This document shows positions 13,850 to 28,358 of a DNA stretch of 64,000 nucleotides, one piece after another (the first letter of the stretch is position 1; each line of letters opens with the position of its first letter). The translations under genes were made by a program, and so were the position numbers. The stretch comes from Antedon mediterranea. Its lineage: Eukaryota; Animalia; Echinodermata. The notes under the pieces are model-generated. The model was not told the origin of the DNA. It ran no database searches and was given only the letters and a program-made list of their open reading frames with translations. The stretch spans positions 18,303,237 to 18,367,236 of the forward strand of contig NC_092672.1 of NCBI RefSeq assembly GCF_964355755.1, given 5' to 3'.

Positions 13850-14170
13850 TTTACAAAGAATTGACCTATTTAATGAAGAGTCATTTGGAGTCGAAATCGA
13901 GCGTAATCGTAAGTCGGTTCAAGTTGTATTCATGTACTAGACCTGCCGGTCAATCAGTGAGCAACTACGTTGCTAGTTTGCGTAGGCTAGCTGAACTATG
14001 TCGTTTCGGCAAGACGCTCAAGGAAATGTTATGGTATAGGCTAGTCCTTGGCATAAACGACAACCAAATTCAAAGAAAGATGTTGTCATAAACCACGCTG
14101 AATTTTAAATCGGCAGTGGAAATAGCGAACGATATTTTGGAAGCAGACGCCAACGTGAAAGATTTAAAAA
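13850..14170 (+). pseudogene. Gypsy A gag fragment
   Basis: YKEL..HLESKSSVIVSRFKLYSCTRPAGQSVSNYVASLRRLAELCRFG..L.LGIND..IQRKML. Confidence 0.8.
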
Positions 14171-14199
14171 TTTTATGCAGTTATTATTTTATATTAATA

Positions 14200-15959
14200 A
14201 ATATAAAGTAAATACTCAATTTATTTAGGTAAGGTTACATATAGTTCATGATTGCTACTCACTGTAATAATATAGTAGTACTACAACTAGGCCATTTATA
14301 TTGTTCTTAATACTCAATTAATAATTAGTGACTTTCTATTCTATGTCCTTATTTTAAGTTAGTTATTTTGTATTTTCTGTTTTAAATATAAAATAATTTT
14401 TTTGATAGATCAAGAGCCATTTGAAGTTAATTCAGAGGCTACTGTAGAGGAGGATGACCCTATACAGGAAGTTGAAAATGCCCAATTGGTTGAAGATGTT
14501 GAAGTGTTAGAATTTGTTCAAGTGGATACAAATGTTTAGTTCTTGTTCAAGAAGATGATGATGTGGATCAACCAGCTGGTCCAGTGCAGGTAGAAGAAGA
14601 AAGACCCAGAAAAAAGGCAAAAAAGACAAAACTAAACAAATCTATGGAAGCTGTCTCAACACTAATAGCAGACAGATTTGAGGCATCCGAGAAAAGATTG
14701 ATAGAGGATGAGAGGAGACTAGCGAAAGAACAGAGGGACTGGGAATTAAAAGTTGAAAGAGAGAATAGAAATGCCCAACAAGAGCTTTATACACAAGTAC
14801 AAAACACTCAAAGGGATATGCTACAACAGTTTACAACATGCATGACAACAATGATGACAACAATGCAAAATCAACATGTTCCCAATCAAATCCAACATCC
14901 AACTCCTGTTTTTTACTCCAATCAACCACGAGTTAATTACAATATGGATCCTCAATCACACACTCAAGGATACTTATACCAGTCATCTTCTTCACCATCA
15001 GCTACTTCACCATCAGCTACTTCACCATCAGCTACTTCACCATTAGCTACTTCACCTTACAGCGGTAATACATCATCATCCAGCTCAGCAGACAGCAGCC
15101 AAGGAGAATTTTATACACTTTAAACACATTTTAAACCAATCATTGTGTTTATGTTAATTTAATGTAATCTTGGAGTTGTTAAATGAAAATGATTGAAAAT
15201 AGTAAATTTTTAATTACTGTATACTAATAATGTTAATTTAAAACTTGAGATGATACAATGATTATTTTCTGTCAAACAAGTGTACACCATGACATTATTT
15301 TAGTAAACTCCTTTAATCACAGCATGCTATTTTTCATATGTTGACCTTTTAGCACTATCAATACATCATTTTTATTGTTACAAATTAATTGTTTAGTTAT
15401 ACAAACAAACATTAACTGCTGGTAAGATTTTTGTTTAAACATGGAGTAAAACTCCATGGTTTAAATCAAAAAGGTTTTATTTTGTAGTTATACAACTACA
15501 TTATCAATACAAAAAACACCTGTTATTAAATGGAAACCATTTAACACGTTAAATTACAGTAATAAAAAAACTAAATCAGTTTAACAACAATGATTTACAA
15601 TTTGAAAAAAATAATTAGTTTTCCTGTTTTTTTGTTTACTTTAAGATAATACTGTAATATAGTGTATTATTATGTATATCGTGTATATATACAAATAATA
15701 TATTTGTCTGATTATTGTTTAATAAAAAACACTAAAAATTAAAACAAAAATAACAACAATAAAGGACGCCCTCAATAATTATTTTGTCAGAATTTTTATT
15801 AACCGAATATGCCAGACTCCTTTCTCACAGAAAGCCGGTATATACCGGTTATATTTCCGGCACAATAGTCCAATGAGAATGGGTATATGCCGGTAACGAT
15901 ACCGGCACGACGCCAGCATCATACCGGTATATTGCAGGCACGTCTGTGAGAAAGGGGCT
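14200..15959 (+). mobile_element. Harbinger-type element 3' part: C-terminal exon of an accessory coiled-coil protein plus terminal hairpin/TIR
   Basis: ORF 14563-15123 has an NLS, an E/R coiled coil and SPSAT repeats. The end TCTGTGAGAAAGGGGCT (to 15959) has an inverted copy at ~15813. Gypsy protease sequence resumes immediately after. Confidence 0.5.
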
Positions 15960-16053
15960 ATAGAGAACAAAGGTAGCGTAGCTCCAATAACTGTCCAAGT
16001 CAAAATTAATGAACACCTCTTACCATGGAGGTTGACACGGGAGCAAGCATTCG

Positions 16054-17748
16054 TGTTATTGTAATAAATTACCATTCCCTAACATATAGAGTAACATAGT
16101 ATTTACATGAACATTCTAGAATAGGGTGTCACGAAACCTAAGACCACGAAAGCTAAGACCCCCTAAGACCTAAGATCACGAAAGCTAAGACCCAAGACCT
16201 AAGATCACGAAAGCTAAGACCCAAGACCTAAGATTACAAATATTTATCTTTCGCACCTGCCTTGTATTTTAACTCCCAACATTTATTCTGAATACCACAC
16301 CTTAGAATTGGCACTTTCATGAAAAAGAATCACATTAAAAAAGTAACAAATACATTTTTAAATTGATGATTTTACAGACGTTTTTCTCGCACACAAAATG
16401 ACTAGCCTACAGACAGTATAGTACACTAGTAGGCCTACCCCATGTTCAATGTTTTTGTTTCTATGGAACGTCAAAAGAGCAAAAATTATATAGAGGGCTG
16501 AAAACTCTGTGGAGTCCATCTACATAAACAATGTAAAATTAAAATTGTAATGACAATAGTATAATCATGCAAGTACGAAGAAATAAATACTGGCAAATAA
16601 ATTTTAACTTAAAAATCAATCAAGTTTTTTTGTTTCGTTTTCTTTCTGTTTTTATACTTGTACTATTATTGTTGCTCTTTTGGCGCTCCATAGAAACAAA
16701 AACATTGAGCGGGGGAGCTCGAGGAGTTACATTGGCCGTTACATTACAGTATACAAAGAAACACGCCTGTAAAATCATCAATTTAAAGGATTTATTTATT
16801 TGTTATTATGTGTTTCTCCTTCTGAAAGTCCTAATTTTAAAGTGTGGTATTATTCAGGATAAAGTTAGTCAACAAATTTGGAGTCAAAATACAAGAAAGG
16901 CAGGTGCGTAAGAAAAACATCCTCTGAACCAACACATTGGAGTAAATATATACCAACAAACAACCCGTCAAGTTTGTTTGTTGTAAAGAAAAAATATACA
17001 TTTACTCAACGGGCGAAAATAATGTGAGTTTATCTATGTTTTTCGGTAGTATTAAATTATATTTATGGAAATAAATGAAACCTACTGTGTTTAAAATTAT
17101 GTATGGATAAACAAGTATTGTTTTTAAGCTGTAGTATATCTTAGAATTTGTAGTCTTGGGTCTTAGCTTTCGTGGTCTTAGGTTTCGTGACACCCTTCTA
17201 GAATAAGGTGTTTTGATTTAAGAAACCATGTATAATTAATAAAAACAATTAAGAACATTCCAGAAGCGCTATTAATAGAAACTGTAATCATGTAATAATG
17301 AGAAGTACTGTATAAAGAATGATCTAGAAGGATAGGAGCATCTTGTATATAAAGGGATGTAAACTATTGTAAGGTTTTTGGATTAGAGGTTGGATATTAT
17401 TATATTATACCTTGTATAATTAATAAAAACAATTAAGAACATTCCAGAAGCGCTAATAGAAACTGTAATCATGTAATAATGAGAAGTATAAAGAATGATC
17501 TAGAAGGATAGGAGCATCTTGTATATAAAGGAATGTAAACTATTGTAAGGTTGTTGGATTAGAGGTTGGATATTATATTGTAAAGTTATTGTGAAGCTGT
17601 TGTTTAAAGTGCTTACTGGATTGTTAAAAGTTGAAGTTGATTGAAATTAAAGCTTTGTTTTTGAGTTATTATACAACTTTGTGGATTTTGTGTGTATACG
17701 TTTATGTCACAAGGGAGTTCCTAAAGTATTTTCAACCGCTCGGAAACA
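16054..17748 (+). mobile_element. Solo LTR C with an internal ~180-bp tandem duplication and a nested MITE
   Basis: TGTT...AACA ends, degenerate TSD TTCG/TACG, TATA gtatataaag, ATTAAA at ~17646; 17228-17405 duplicated at 17412-17580. Confidence 0.7.
16124..17195 (+). mobile_element. Mutator-type MITE (GGGTGTCACG family), copy 1
   Basis: TIR GGGTGTCACGAAACCTAAGACCACGAAAGCTAAGACCC; perfect 10-bp TSD TTCTAGAATA (16114-16123 / 17196-17205). Confidence 0.93.
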
Positions 17749-19492
17749 TACGTGAGTGGAGTTTTTGACAGTTATAAGCAAAGCTCATTACAACAATTTA
17801 TGGAAAAACAATTAGCCATAAGCCACACTGTACTACGCACATACACAAATGGGAATGTAGGCATTGTTGGAACAATTAATGTAAACGTGTTGTATGGGAA
17901 CGTTGCGTACAAACTTCCATTACTAGTTGTAAAAGGCAGCGGACCGGCATTGGTAGGCCGTGATTGCTTAGAGCATATCAAGAATTAAGAGCCATTGTCT
18001 GTAAAAATCAAAGATGGTGGCAGATGTAAAAAAATGGATTTCTCTCAAATTTTTACCATGAATAGACATTTCAATAAAAAGCATATCTACAACATTCATT
18101 TTAATTTTTAGCCTCCGTTGCCATGACAACGGTCAATTATCAAAATGTTGATGTTTTTGCCATTTTTCACAGATTTTCTATACTGAAAAGTACAAACTTG
18201 TATACTTATTTTAACCAAAAATACTTAAAGTATACAGTTTTTGTTTATAGCAGTGTAAACAACATGTATTGAGTTCCATTTAATGTAGAAAAAAAAAATT
18301 ATTACAAAATGGGGTTTGGTTGATACCATTATTATAAAAAGGGGTGTTTTTAAAAAATATTTTTTGATAAAAGTATACCTCATAAACGTACCTATAACTT
18401 CCAAAGTGGTGTTTTTAAATCAATGAGGTTTTTTAATTTGATAGTCAATAGGTTTGTCAATAATAATCACGAAAAAAACACTGGGGTAAATTTCGTACAT
18501 AGGTTTTGTGTTGCCAGGAAAATACGAAAAATACAAAAAAATACAAACAAAATATCAACAAACAAAACACATGAAACACAATTTAAATATGGCTAATCCA
18601 ATAATAAAATGTACATGTGGCTTGTCATAATGCTACTAGAGTCATACGAATAGTTTAGATAAAATAGGAGAATGTGTTGCCAGGTTTATTTCAATTAATT
18701 GCCAGAAAAACAGTATTTTGCATTGAAATATTTAGTTGATGGAAAATAATGTTAAACTTTGAAATAATTGCGTCAATGGATTTTATAAATTTTTAAATCT
18801 ATTTTGTGTAAAGAGATACAGAAAGACCTCCCAAAAAATCTGACATTGTAAATAGGTCATTTGAGGTCAAAATTATAGAATTTAAAACCAATGTTTAATA
18901 ATAAAGTGTGATATTTTACATGGTTCACATCAGGGGCTTCAATATTTGTTATATGTAGCATTAACATACCTGAGTATATCATTGACTTTTGATTGGTTCA
19001 AATTGGTAGTCGAAAGTGGTGGTTGTAAGGTCCTATATGTATATTTATATAGAGGGCGCATTTCATTTCAACATTGTTTTTCGTTCATGTGCAAGTTTTT
19101 TAGATGATGATAAGACATGTGCGCGCCTAAGGTTGTTGTAGGAGGAGACATAAAATGGTCGCAAGGATGAGATCATCTGTCATAGGCGTCTGATAATATA
19201 CTATTATAAAATTGTTACGCGGAGAAAGACCATAGGTTTTGGTGAGCATCCGGTTTATTATTAACTTTAGATTGATATTATTTAGTTATTGTTTGATTTA
19301 TAGTAGTTGGAAAGGCCCTAAGCTTTCTCCTACTCGTTGCCTATGATGATATGAACGGCTAGGCTAGGTTAGGCCAGATAGCCTACATCATTGTTGTCAC
19401 GAGGCTGGTCAAGACGTTCATTAATATCAATGTGTTAATGTTGATATAACAATTGTAGGCCATATCTGTCCTGTATAGTAAGGAAGGCATTT

Positions 19493-19751
19493 TTAAATTC
19501 ACTTAAATCACATGTTTTATATCGACTTTGTTGAATCGACTATAATGTATTTTATACGTTTTTTTTATATTGACACTGTTGATTCGTCTATTTGTTATTT
19601 AAATATTTTTATATAGTTTATTTGTTGTTACTTTGGGATTACGGAACCTGAACTCTTAGGTTCACTTTTTTAGGTTCCTGCCTACTCCCTTAGTTTCTGT
19701 GTTTTTGTTTGTTTGTTACTGGTTTTTGGCAATAAATAATAATAATAATAA
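19493..19751 (+). mobile_element. LINE/SINE 3' tail inserted in the BEL A 5' LTR
   Basis: Absent from the 3' LTR (ggcatttatattatg is contiguous at ~27171); ends in AATAAA plus (AAT)n; same family as 60488-60750. Confidence 0.8.
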
Positions 19752-20512
19752 TTTATATTATGTAATCAGCATCTCAAGTGTAATTTACAGAGAATTATTT
19801 AAGTGTTTATACAGTATTGTGATTTATTACACATATACGTTGTTCTGTGTAAGCCAATAGAGGGCTGTACATTGAGAGTTTTGACGTTGCTACAACGACA
19901 GGGATCGTCTTTAAATTGTTGTTATTTGCATGATTCGATATAACATGGTACTGCTGTATGTTAACATAGGCATTTATATTTGTCTGTTTCTTATTAGAAA
20001 CGCCACAAGCTACATGCATCACATGTTTGACAGCTTAAAGGAGGAAATAAAAATAAGGAATAAGCAGTATATATTGTGTGTAGTCTTGTTGTTGTCTACC
20101 TGAATCTAACTGCGTGAACAGAGGTTGTTACATTTCAAAACCTGTGTCTACGAGTCAATCTAGACAAACAAATCGGAGGTGCATTGTTGTGCAACAGGAG
20201 GCTTTATGTACGTTGGATATCCAAAGGTCAAGTAAGATTTGTGCAATTAATGGAGGTTCTTGATGCGTGAATAGGCTCGCTTTGGAGGAACCAAGAGGAA
20301 TTTGCATAATTTAAGATACTGTACCATCAAGGAAAGAACCGTATCTAAATATTGTTATCAAGGACTTTATCATTGATTATATATATGCATTGTAATTTAA
20401 TTACTTTCCACAAGGATTTATTGCATTTATGAATTTAGTGTTAATATTGTACACATCTAAATATTTCAATTACTGTTGTGCTACTCATTTAATTGATATT
20501 GAATTTGTAACA

Positions 20513-23500
20513 ATGCCTCTCTCCAAAGGTTCTTCTGTATGCTCTAGCTCTGCTGCATCCATTAGGTTGTCAGCCGCACAAACACGAGCTGACCTGGCAG
20601 TAGCTAAGGCAAAAAGGGATGTTGAATTAAAGAAACAAGAATTGGCTGCAGATATTCAAAGATTAGAACTTGAATCTGAAGTAACTATGAACGAGGTAAA
20701 ATTACAGGTTTATGAACAGGAAATAAAGAAAATGGAGGAGGAAGAGGAGAATTATAGGCAATCGAGAGACTTGGATTTTCCTGAAGGAAATAGTCAAGAA
20801 AGAGTAGCAGATTATATTCAGTCTAGCATCACTCATAGTTCTATGCCACCATTACAAGATTACAATGAAGAAGATTATGCTGTAAGGGAAGGACAGCTAT
20901 CTAGTTTGATGCAACTGTGCAACCCAAGACAAAGGCGGCTATTAATTTATTAAGGATCCGATTCATGATGCATTCATGCAGTTTATAAAAACCACCAGTT
21001 TACCAAAGAGGGAGTTGACTCCATTTAGTGGGCAGCCAACAGATATAATAGGTTTATTCGAGAAAAAGAAAAAAAAAGTGGAGAAAAAGGTGCCTGATGA
21101 GTGTTGACAAAGTGCGAGGCATGCGAGGCATATAGTTTACAATTTCAAAAAGGTGCGAGGCATATCTTAACGTGCTATTATGCTATATTATAGGCCTAAT
21201 AATCAATCGATACAAGCGTATCTAAATAGATTTGTGTATACACTCATCATGTTGTTTATTTTTATGTAACGATTGTTTTTTCATTCAAGTCATATCGTGT
21301 CAAATTTTACTTTTACAAAAGTGCCCAAACTACGGTTCAAAAATCTGAACGACAGTCTTCAACTTTCGATAAACAATAATTGTTATAGCAACACACTCAT
21401 CAAATGACTGCAATGTTTGTTGGCATTTCGAGCGTGTTCACTCACATGTCTCTCGAACATAGCAGAGTGAAAATAATATTTTGTCACACCCCTGCGCCTA
21501 GATCCGGTAGACCCGAGAGATGGAAAATCCCTCTTTACTATTTAGCAGGTAGCGGAATGATTCAGCCCTCAGCTCAGAGGATTGTGGTGCATTCCCCTCC
21601 TATAGCACGTGGTTTCAGCAGCAACGCACAGACTTTTCTCTAAGCGGCGTGCCAAAGACATTTTTGACATTCCATTCTCTAGGAACAACACGTGTACCTC
21701 TCTCGCAAATAAGGTGAACAGCGATTGCCAGGACAAGTTCAATAACTGGCGGTGAATAAAAAGGGATCCAATAACATGCCGCAAAGAAAAAAATTGCGAC
21801 AGAATTCTGGAGCGCGTGTGAAAAAAGACTTACGTCCGACAATTGTAATACTAGGCCTAAAATTAAACTTTAGCTAATATGCTTAGCCCTAACCTAGATA
21901 AGAGGCCTATGTAGAAAATAATATAATCAATTTTGATATAATAATAATTGGTGTAATATTTAATAATGATACACTATTCCTGTTTTAGTAAGCTAGGTAT
22001 ATTACGAACGATTTTTATTTATTGTTGTCCATGTACGTACTAATAAACCTGGCGCTAGTTTCCTTCGCTTGTATTTTTACTCCAAATTTGATAACTAACT
22101 TTATCGTGTGAATACCACACCTTAGAAGTATACCTCATGAGTACTTTAATGAAAGAATCACATAAAAAGTAACAAATAAATCCTTAAATTAATGATTTTA
22201 CAGGCGTGTTTCTCGCACACTGTTCGCGAATTTCACTTATTCAATGTTCAATATTTTTGTTTCTATGGAGCGCCAAAAGAGCAACGATAATAGAGGACTC
22301 AGTGGAATGCGTCAATTTCTCATGCATTTATTAGTGAAAAACACGTTTTATTTCAATATATTTGTTAATTTGTCAATAAAAATGCTGTAATATGTTACTG
22401 CTGATACTGTTCTGTTTTCAAAGAATAATAATCGATCCTAAATCAACATCACTACCTAGTCTAGACCTAGGACATCCTACTAAGGATATTCTGATGAATT
22501 TTTCTATTTTGTTCTTTTAAAGGAAACCGTGTACATTATCAATAGTACACCGGTGAACAGTAACATTTTTCCTTACTGACAGTGACAAAATCTATTGAAA
22601 TTGTACTTGATTTTCACCAAATAATGCGTTAAATATAAATGGATTCCACAGAGTTTTTAGCCCTCTAATTAATTTTGCTCTTTTGGCGTTCCATAGAAAC
22701 CAAAATATTGAACATTGAGTGTGCGAAATGCGAGAAAAACAACGTCTGTCAAATCACCAATTTAATGGATTTATTGTTACTTTTATGTGATTTTTCTTCA
22801 TTAAAGTAGACCTACTAATTCTAAGCTGTGGTATTCAGGATAAAGTTGGTTAAAATACAAGGCAGGTGCAAAAGGAAAGTAGCCTAGCGGGCCTAGGCCT
22901 AGGCTACTTCAATTTCGGTGATTTCCTGCCTTGCAATTTTGAGAAATGATAAAATGATGCCTCGCATTTTTTGATGATGGTAAAACGATGCCTCGCATAA
23001 ATTTCTGACTTGCCTCGCATGCCTTCCCTGCCTCGCTGCCTCGCACTTTGTTACTACCCGTGCCTGATAATCAAGACAGACTTTACTACCTGGAACAGTT
23101 TACTGCAGGAGAGGTGAACCAGCTTGTTCAGAGTTTTATTCATATGGAACCAGAAAAGGGCTATAAGGAAGCTAAACAAGCCATCGTGAAAAGATACGGT
23201 AATAAGTTTAAATTGGCGGAATCGTATCTTCAAAGAGTTAACGGTTTCCCAGAGATAAAGGCAGAAGACGGCGGTAGAATCTCAACGTTTTCATTACTTC
23301 TTTTAGAGTGTCAAAATGTAATGTTAGATTTGGGCTATATGGATGAACTTAATGTTACCACTAACCTTCAAATAATTATCAAGAACATACAAGATGCGCG
23401 AAAAATGGCGCACCAAAACTGATGCTATCCAGCAGAACCGTCGAGTTGTATTTCGAGATTTAGTGGAATTTGTGTCTACACAGGCAAGGATACTGGACAA

Positions 23501-26500
23501 CCCAACATTTGGTAGGATAAAGGATGATAAGGTAATGGGAAAGACCTCATCAAAATATACGAAGAAGGATACTATGAGCGGTGCATTTGCAAGCGTAGAA
23601 GAAACATCTTACAAGGACTCTCCCATAAAGAATGTATGCCCGTATTGCAAACTGTCAGGGTGTTGGTTAGGAAAATGTTCACCGTTTGCAAAACTAAACA
23701 GAGAAGATAAACTTAACTTCTTGGCAAAGGAAAGGAGATGTTATGGTTGCTTTATAGGAAAGGGACACGTATCCAAGAAGTGCAGTAGACAAAGTACATG
23801 TAAAAAATGCAACCAGAAACATCCCACCATTCTTCACAGAGATGATACACCGCCCAAGGAACAAATTAGTGGTGCTCCAGCAGGTCAGCATAACGCTACA
23901 CAGACAAGTAATGGTAATACTGTGCAGTCAGCAAGTCAGCTCGCTGCTACGTCGAAAGAATTTGTACCAGCTAGTAGCGATCTAGCATCAGCTTGTGTTG
24001 ATGACGATGCAGATTGCGCGCTGGCCGTCGTACCAGTTTTGGTAAAGCTTAACGGCCGCCAAGTAACAACTTATGCATTTTTAGACCCAGGCAGTAACAT
24101 CTCTTATTTCAGATAAGTTAATGCAACAATTAGGAGTAGGCGAAACCAAAGGTTCAATTTCATTCAAAACGATGGGCGTGCCACATACGGCGTCTGCGAA
24201 GTTAGTGAAGAATATAAGAATACAGGCTTTGACTGGGAAAGAAAATGATGTGACGATTCCTTTTGCCTTCTCGAAAGAAAACTTACCTATTGAGCGGAAT
24301 TTAATACCCATGCAAGAAGAAATAGATAAGTGGCCCCATCTGAGTGGAGTGAAAATCAACTATATTGAGGCCGACATTGGGCTGCTGATTAGTATGAAGG
24401 TTCCAGGAGCTTACACAGCCCTCGAGATCAAGACTGGTCCTGAAGACGCACCTCATGCAACAAAAACCAAGCTTGGGTGGATTGTGTGGGGATTGATAAA
24501 GGGAAAGTCGAGAGCCAGTCAACATGCTTCTTACAGAACTCAACTTGTGGCCTACTGTATAACTCTACACATGAGGAAACAAGGTTAGAGAAGCTATATC
24601 AAGGATCCTTAGAAATGGACTTTCCAGAAAAGGGACTTAATCAGGAACAGCAACTTTCCATTGAAGATAAGGAATTGATATCTAAAGTTGAGAAAGGCAG
24701 CACTATGGTCGATGGTCATTATTGTGTCGCCTTGCCATTTAAGGAAGGTCAAGTAAAACTACCAAACAACTGGTATTTGGCAGAGAAAAGGTTGAAATCT
24801 TTGCAGAAACGACTAACGAACGATGACAAATACAAGCAAGAATATTGCTCATACATGGAAGGTTTGGTTGAGAAAGGATTTGCTGAGAAGGTGCCAGTAG
24901 GTGAAGTGACAAAGAATAGACAGTGTTGGTACGTGCCGCATCATGGTGTTTATCACCCTCAGAAGCAAAAACTGCGAGTAGTTTTCGACTGTGCGGCCAA
25001 AGCAGAAGGTGTGTCGTTGAATGACTGTCTTCTCCCTGGACCAAATCTTACTAACAGTTTGCTAGGAGTGCTATTGCGATTTCGGCAAGGTAAAATAGCG
25101 CTCGTAGCTGATATTGAGGCCATGTTCTGGCAAGTGATAGTTCCGGTGAAGGATAGGGATTTCTTAAGATATATTTGGCATCCGGATAGTACTCCAGAAG
25201 TCTATAGAATGAAGGTACACACCTTTGGTGCAACATGTAGCCCATCTTGTGCCAACTTTGCGTTAAAGAAAACTGCTGATGATAACAAGGACGATTTCCC
25301 TAAGGACGTAATTGAAACTGTAAAAAATAATTTTTATGTGGATGATCTCCTTAAGAGCCTCGACAATCCAGAGATGGCTATTGAGATGGTTGAACATTTG
25401 AGAAGACTTTGTCGACGAGGTGGGTTCAATCTGACAAAGTGGTCAAGTAGCAACAAAGGCGTTATACAATCCGTGCCTGAGGATCAACGTTCAACAGAAT
25501 TAAAGGGACTTAATTTGAACCAGGAACTAATACCTACTGAGCGAACGCTAGGTATAAATTGTGACTTGGAGAATGACGTGTTTCAACTGAGTACACCCAG
25601 TGTGACAAGGCAACAAAACATATGGACTAGAAGACACTTATTGTCAGTAATGAGTTCAGTATTTGACCCGATGGGGTTGATGTCACCAGTGGTACTGCCA
25701 GCAAAAGACATTTTTCAGCGATCACTTAGTTTGAAGGACAGCGGTTGGGATGACCCATTCTCAAAGGAATTACAAGGGGAGTGCACAAAGTGGTGGAGTG
25801 AGCTACAGAGGTTGTGGTTGCTAGATGGTTAGGAACATATGCACATTGCAAATGTCAACTACACGTATTTGCTGACGCATCCAGCAGTTATAAGACAAGA
25901 AATGGACGTCGAATTTGACAAGGTCTTTTTCTGGACAGACAGTATGATTGTTTTGAATTACATTCATAATAGAAATACGAGATTCAGTGTGTTTGTGGCC
26001 AACAGGCTACGCGTGATTCACGAGGGCTCGGAACTTAATCAATGTTAGGAGTAAAACCAATCCAGCTGACCTTGCATCTCGAGGAATAAATCTAAAAAAT
26101 GAGGATAAGGTTGCTATGTGGCTACGAGGGCCGGCATTCCTCACAAGAGATCCGTCGGAATGGCCACAGCTATTTCAAGGTAGTCCATTGAAAATTGATG
26201 ATCCTGACGTAAAGGAAGAACCAAAACCGTTGGATGAATGATCTGATTAAGCGGTACTCTTCCTATCACAAACTAAAGAAGGCAGTCGTATGGTGGACTA
26301 AATTTATAGGTTACTTGTCCCATAAATCTGTAACACCAATGATAACAGCAACTGAAATGGAACAGGCCGAGATAGACTTGATCAGATATGTACAGGAAGA
26401 GTTTTTCAACGAAGAGATTGATGCGTTGAAGGGCCAAAGGGATGTGAAGAAAACTAGTTGCCTTGCAAAATTAAACCCGACCTTGGATAAATGTGTGCTG

Positions 26501-26790
26501 AAGGTTGGAGGGAGATTGAAGAATTCGGAGTTGGACGAAAATGCCAAGCATCCAATTGTATTGCCGAAGCATATCGTCTTTCAGAGGTGATAATTAACGA
26601 GGTTCACAAGCGCACAGGTCATTGTGGCAGGAATCAGTTAATCAACGAGGTGCGAAAGCATGTGTTACGAGATGTGTCACTTGCTGAAGATACCAAAGAA
26701 AACCTGAAGAACAGCAGATGGCCGACCTTCCAGCTAGTAGAGTATCCACAGGGAGTAGACCATTTGCTCATATAGGCATCGACTATTTTG
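20513..26790 (+). pseudogene. BEL A gag-pol pseudogene
   Basis: Gag NQDRLYYLEQFT with Zn knuckles CYGC..GHVSKKC and CKKCNQKHPTILH; protease YAFLDPGS; RT YVPHHGVYHP..LRVVFDCAA, FYVDD; FWTDSMIVL; integrase VGGRL..H..GHCG. Frameshifts and deletions throughout. Confidence 0.93.
21099..23059. mobile_element. Mutator-type non-autonomous element inserted in BEL gag
   Basis: TIRs GAGTGTTGACAAAGTGCGAGGCA / TGCCTCGCACTTTGTTACTACCC; 9-bp TSD GTGCCTGAT (21090-21098 / 23060-23068); subterminal TGCCTCGCA repeats. Confidence 0.92.
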
Positions 26791-28358
26791 TTTTTGGGAA
26801 TAAGACATGTGCGCGCCTAAGGTTGTAGGAGGAGACATAAAATGGTCGCAAGGATGAGATCATCTGTCATAGGCGTCTGATAATAATATTATAAAATTGT
26901 TACGCGGAGAAAGACCATAGGTTTTGGTGAGCATCCGGTTTATTATCAACTTTAGATTGATATTATTTAGTTATTGTTTGATTTATAGTAGTTGGAAAGG
27001 CCCTAAGCTTTTTCCTACTCGTTGCCTATGATGATATGAACGGCTAGGCTAGGTTAGGCCAGATAGCCTACATCATTGTTGTCACGAGGCTGGTCAAGAC
27101 GTTCATTAATTTCAATGTGTTAATGTTGATATAACAATTGTAGGCCATATCTGTCCTGTATAGTAAGGAAGGCATTTATATTATGTAATCAGCACCTCAA
27201 GTGTAATTTACAGAGAATTATTTAAGTGTTTATACAGTATTGTGATTTATTACACATATACGTTGTTCTGTGTAAGCCAATAGAGGGCTGTACATGCTAC
27301 GACGACAGGGATCGTCTTTAAATTGTTGTTATTTGCATGATTCGTTATAACATGGTACTGCTGTATGTTAACATAGGCATTTATATTTGTATGTTTCTTA
27401 TTAGAAACGCCACAAGCTACATGCATCACATGTTTGACAGCTTAAAGGAGCAAATAAAAATAAGGAATAAGCAGTATATTGTGAGTAGTCTTGTTGTTGT
27501 CTACCTGAATCTAACTCCGTGAACAGAGGTCGTTACAGTGGTGGATGGGCATGTGGGATCTGCTTAGGTTAGCAAATAAAAGAAGTAAACAAATAAAAGA
27601 GGAGCTTCAAAATAAGAGAGGAGTAATCTGTTGCAAAGATTAAAATTCACAACAATCTGATAATTTGTTCAAATTTCCAGAGGATATAACCTATAAAATG
27701 ACATTAAAACTGGGAATTACAGAATCTATAATTAAAAATATTGGTTTTTTTTTCTCACAATAAAAAATAAAATGTTTTTACTAATATACCATGTTTTTTT
27801 TTTATAAAAATGCCTATGTTTCTCGCAACACTGCTTGTAGATTTTTAACTTACCCCAGTATTTTATTTTAGAAATCAATTATTAAACATTAGAACTACCT
27901 ATTTGCAATAAATCAGCTAAAAAAATACACCACTTTGGGCGTTATGGTGAAGTAAAGTTTAGTTGCATTGAACAATTTAAAAAAAGTGAAAAACACCCCT
28001 TTTTAAATAAATGGTATCTCCCAAAGTATGACATAAAAAAAAAAAAAATATGAAACAGGTACACAATGCATTGTTATTATGCATACACTAATTATTTTTT
28101 TATAATTAAATGAACAAAACAAAAATATCGTTCATCAAAGTAGTAACAATATCCATTTTAAAAAACCTTAAAAAAGGACAAAATTTGTCAAAAACACAAA
28201 TTTGGCCGTTGCCATGGAAATATACATGTGAAATAAAAAATATTTCATATTTGATTTCTCTTAACACATATATAGCCATGTGCAAAATTTGAAAGAAATC
28301 CATTTTTTTTAGTATGCCACTCTTTTTTATATTTTTGTTATATTACAATTGCTCTTAA

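Larger units (their letters stand above)
15960..17984 (+). pseudogene. Gypsy A aspartic protease split by a solo LTR
   Basis: PITVQVKINEH..MEVDTGAS (15985-16050) continues as LRTYT...LPLLVVKGSGPALVGRD (17752-17984). Confidence 0.85.
19024..27537 (+). mobile_element. BEL/Pao LTR retrotransposon A
   Basis: 5' LTR 19024-20132; 3' LTR ~26800-27537 (5'-truncated, highly similar); 5-bp TSD GTGGT (19019-19023 / 27538-27542). Confidence 0.93.
17989..28354. mobile_element. Non-autonomous Kolobok-type element (arms 17989-19023 and 27538-28354) split by BEL A
   Basis: TTAA|GAGCCATTGT...ACAATTGCTC|TTAA with imperfect TIRs including aaaaaatggatttctytcaaatttt. Gypsy pol resumes at 28359. Confidence 0.8.

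Noticed and set aside
16567-16911. Conserved ORF pair MQVRRNKYWQ (also 50107-50415, - strand)
   Set aside because: A chance ORF inside two copies of the same non-coding MITE
23048-23422. Independent ORF starting MLLPVPD
   Set aside because: The start lies in the MITE TIR; it is the continuation of BEL gag
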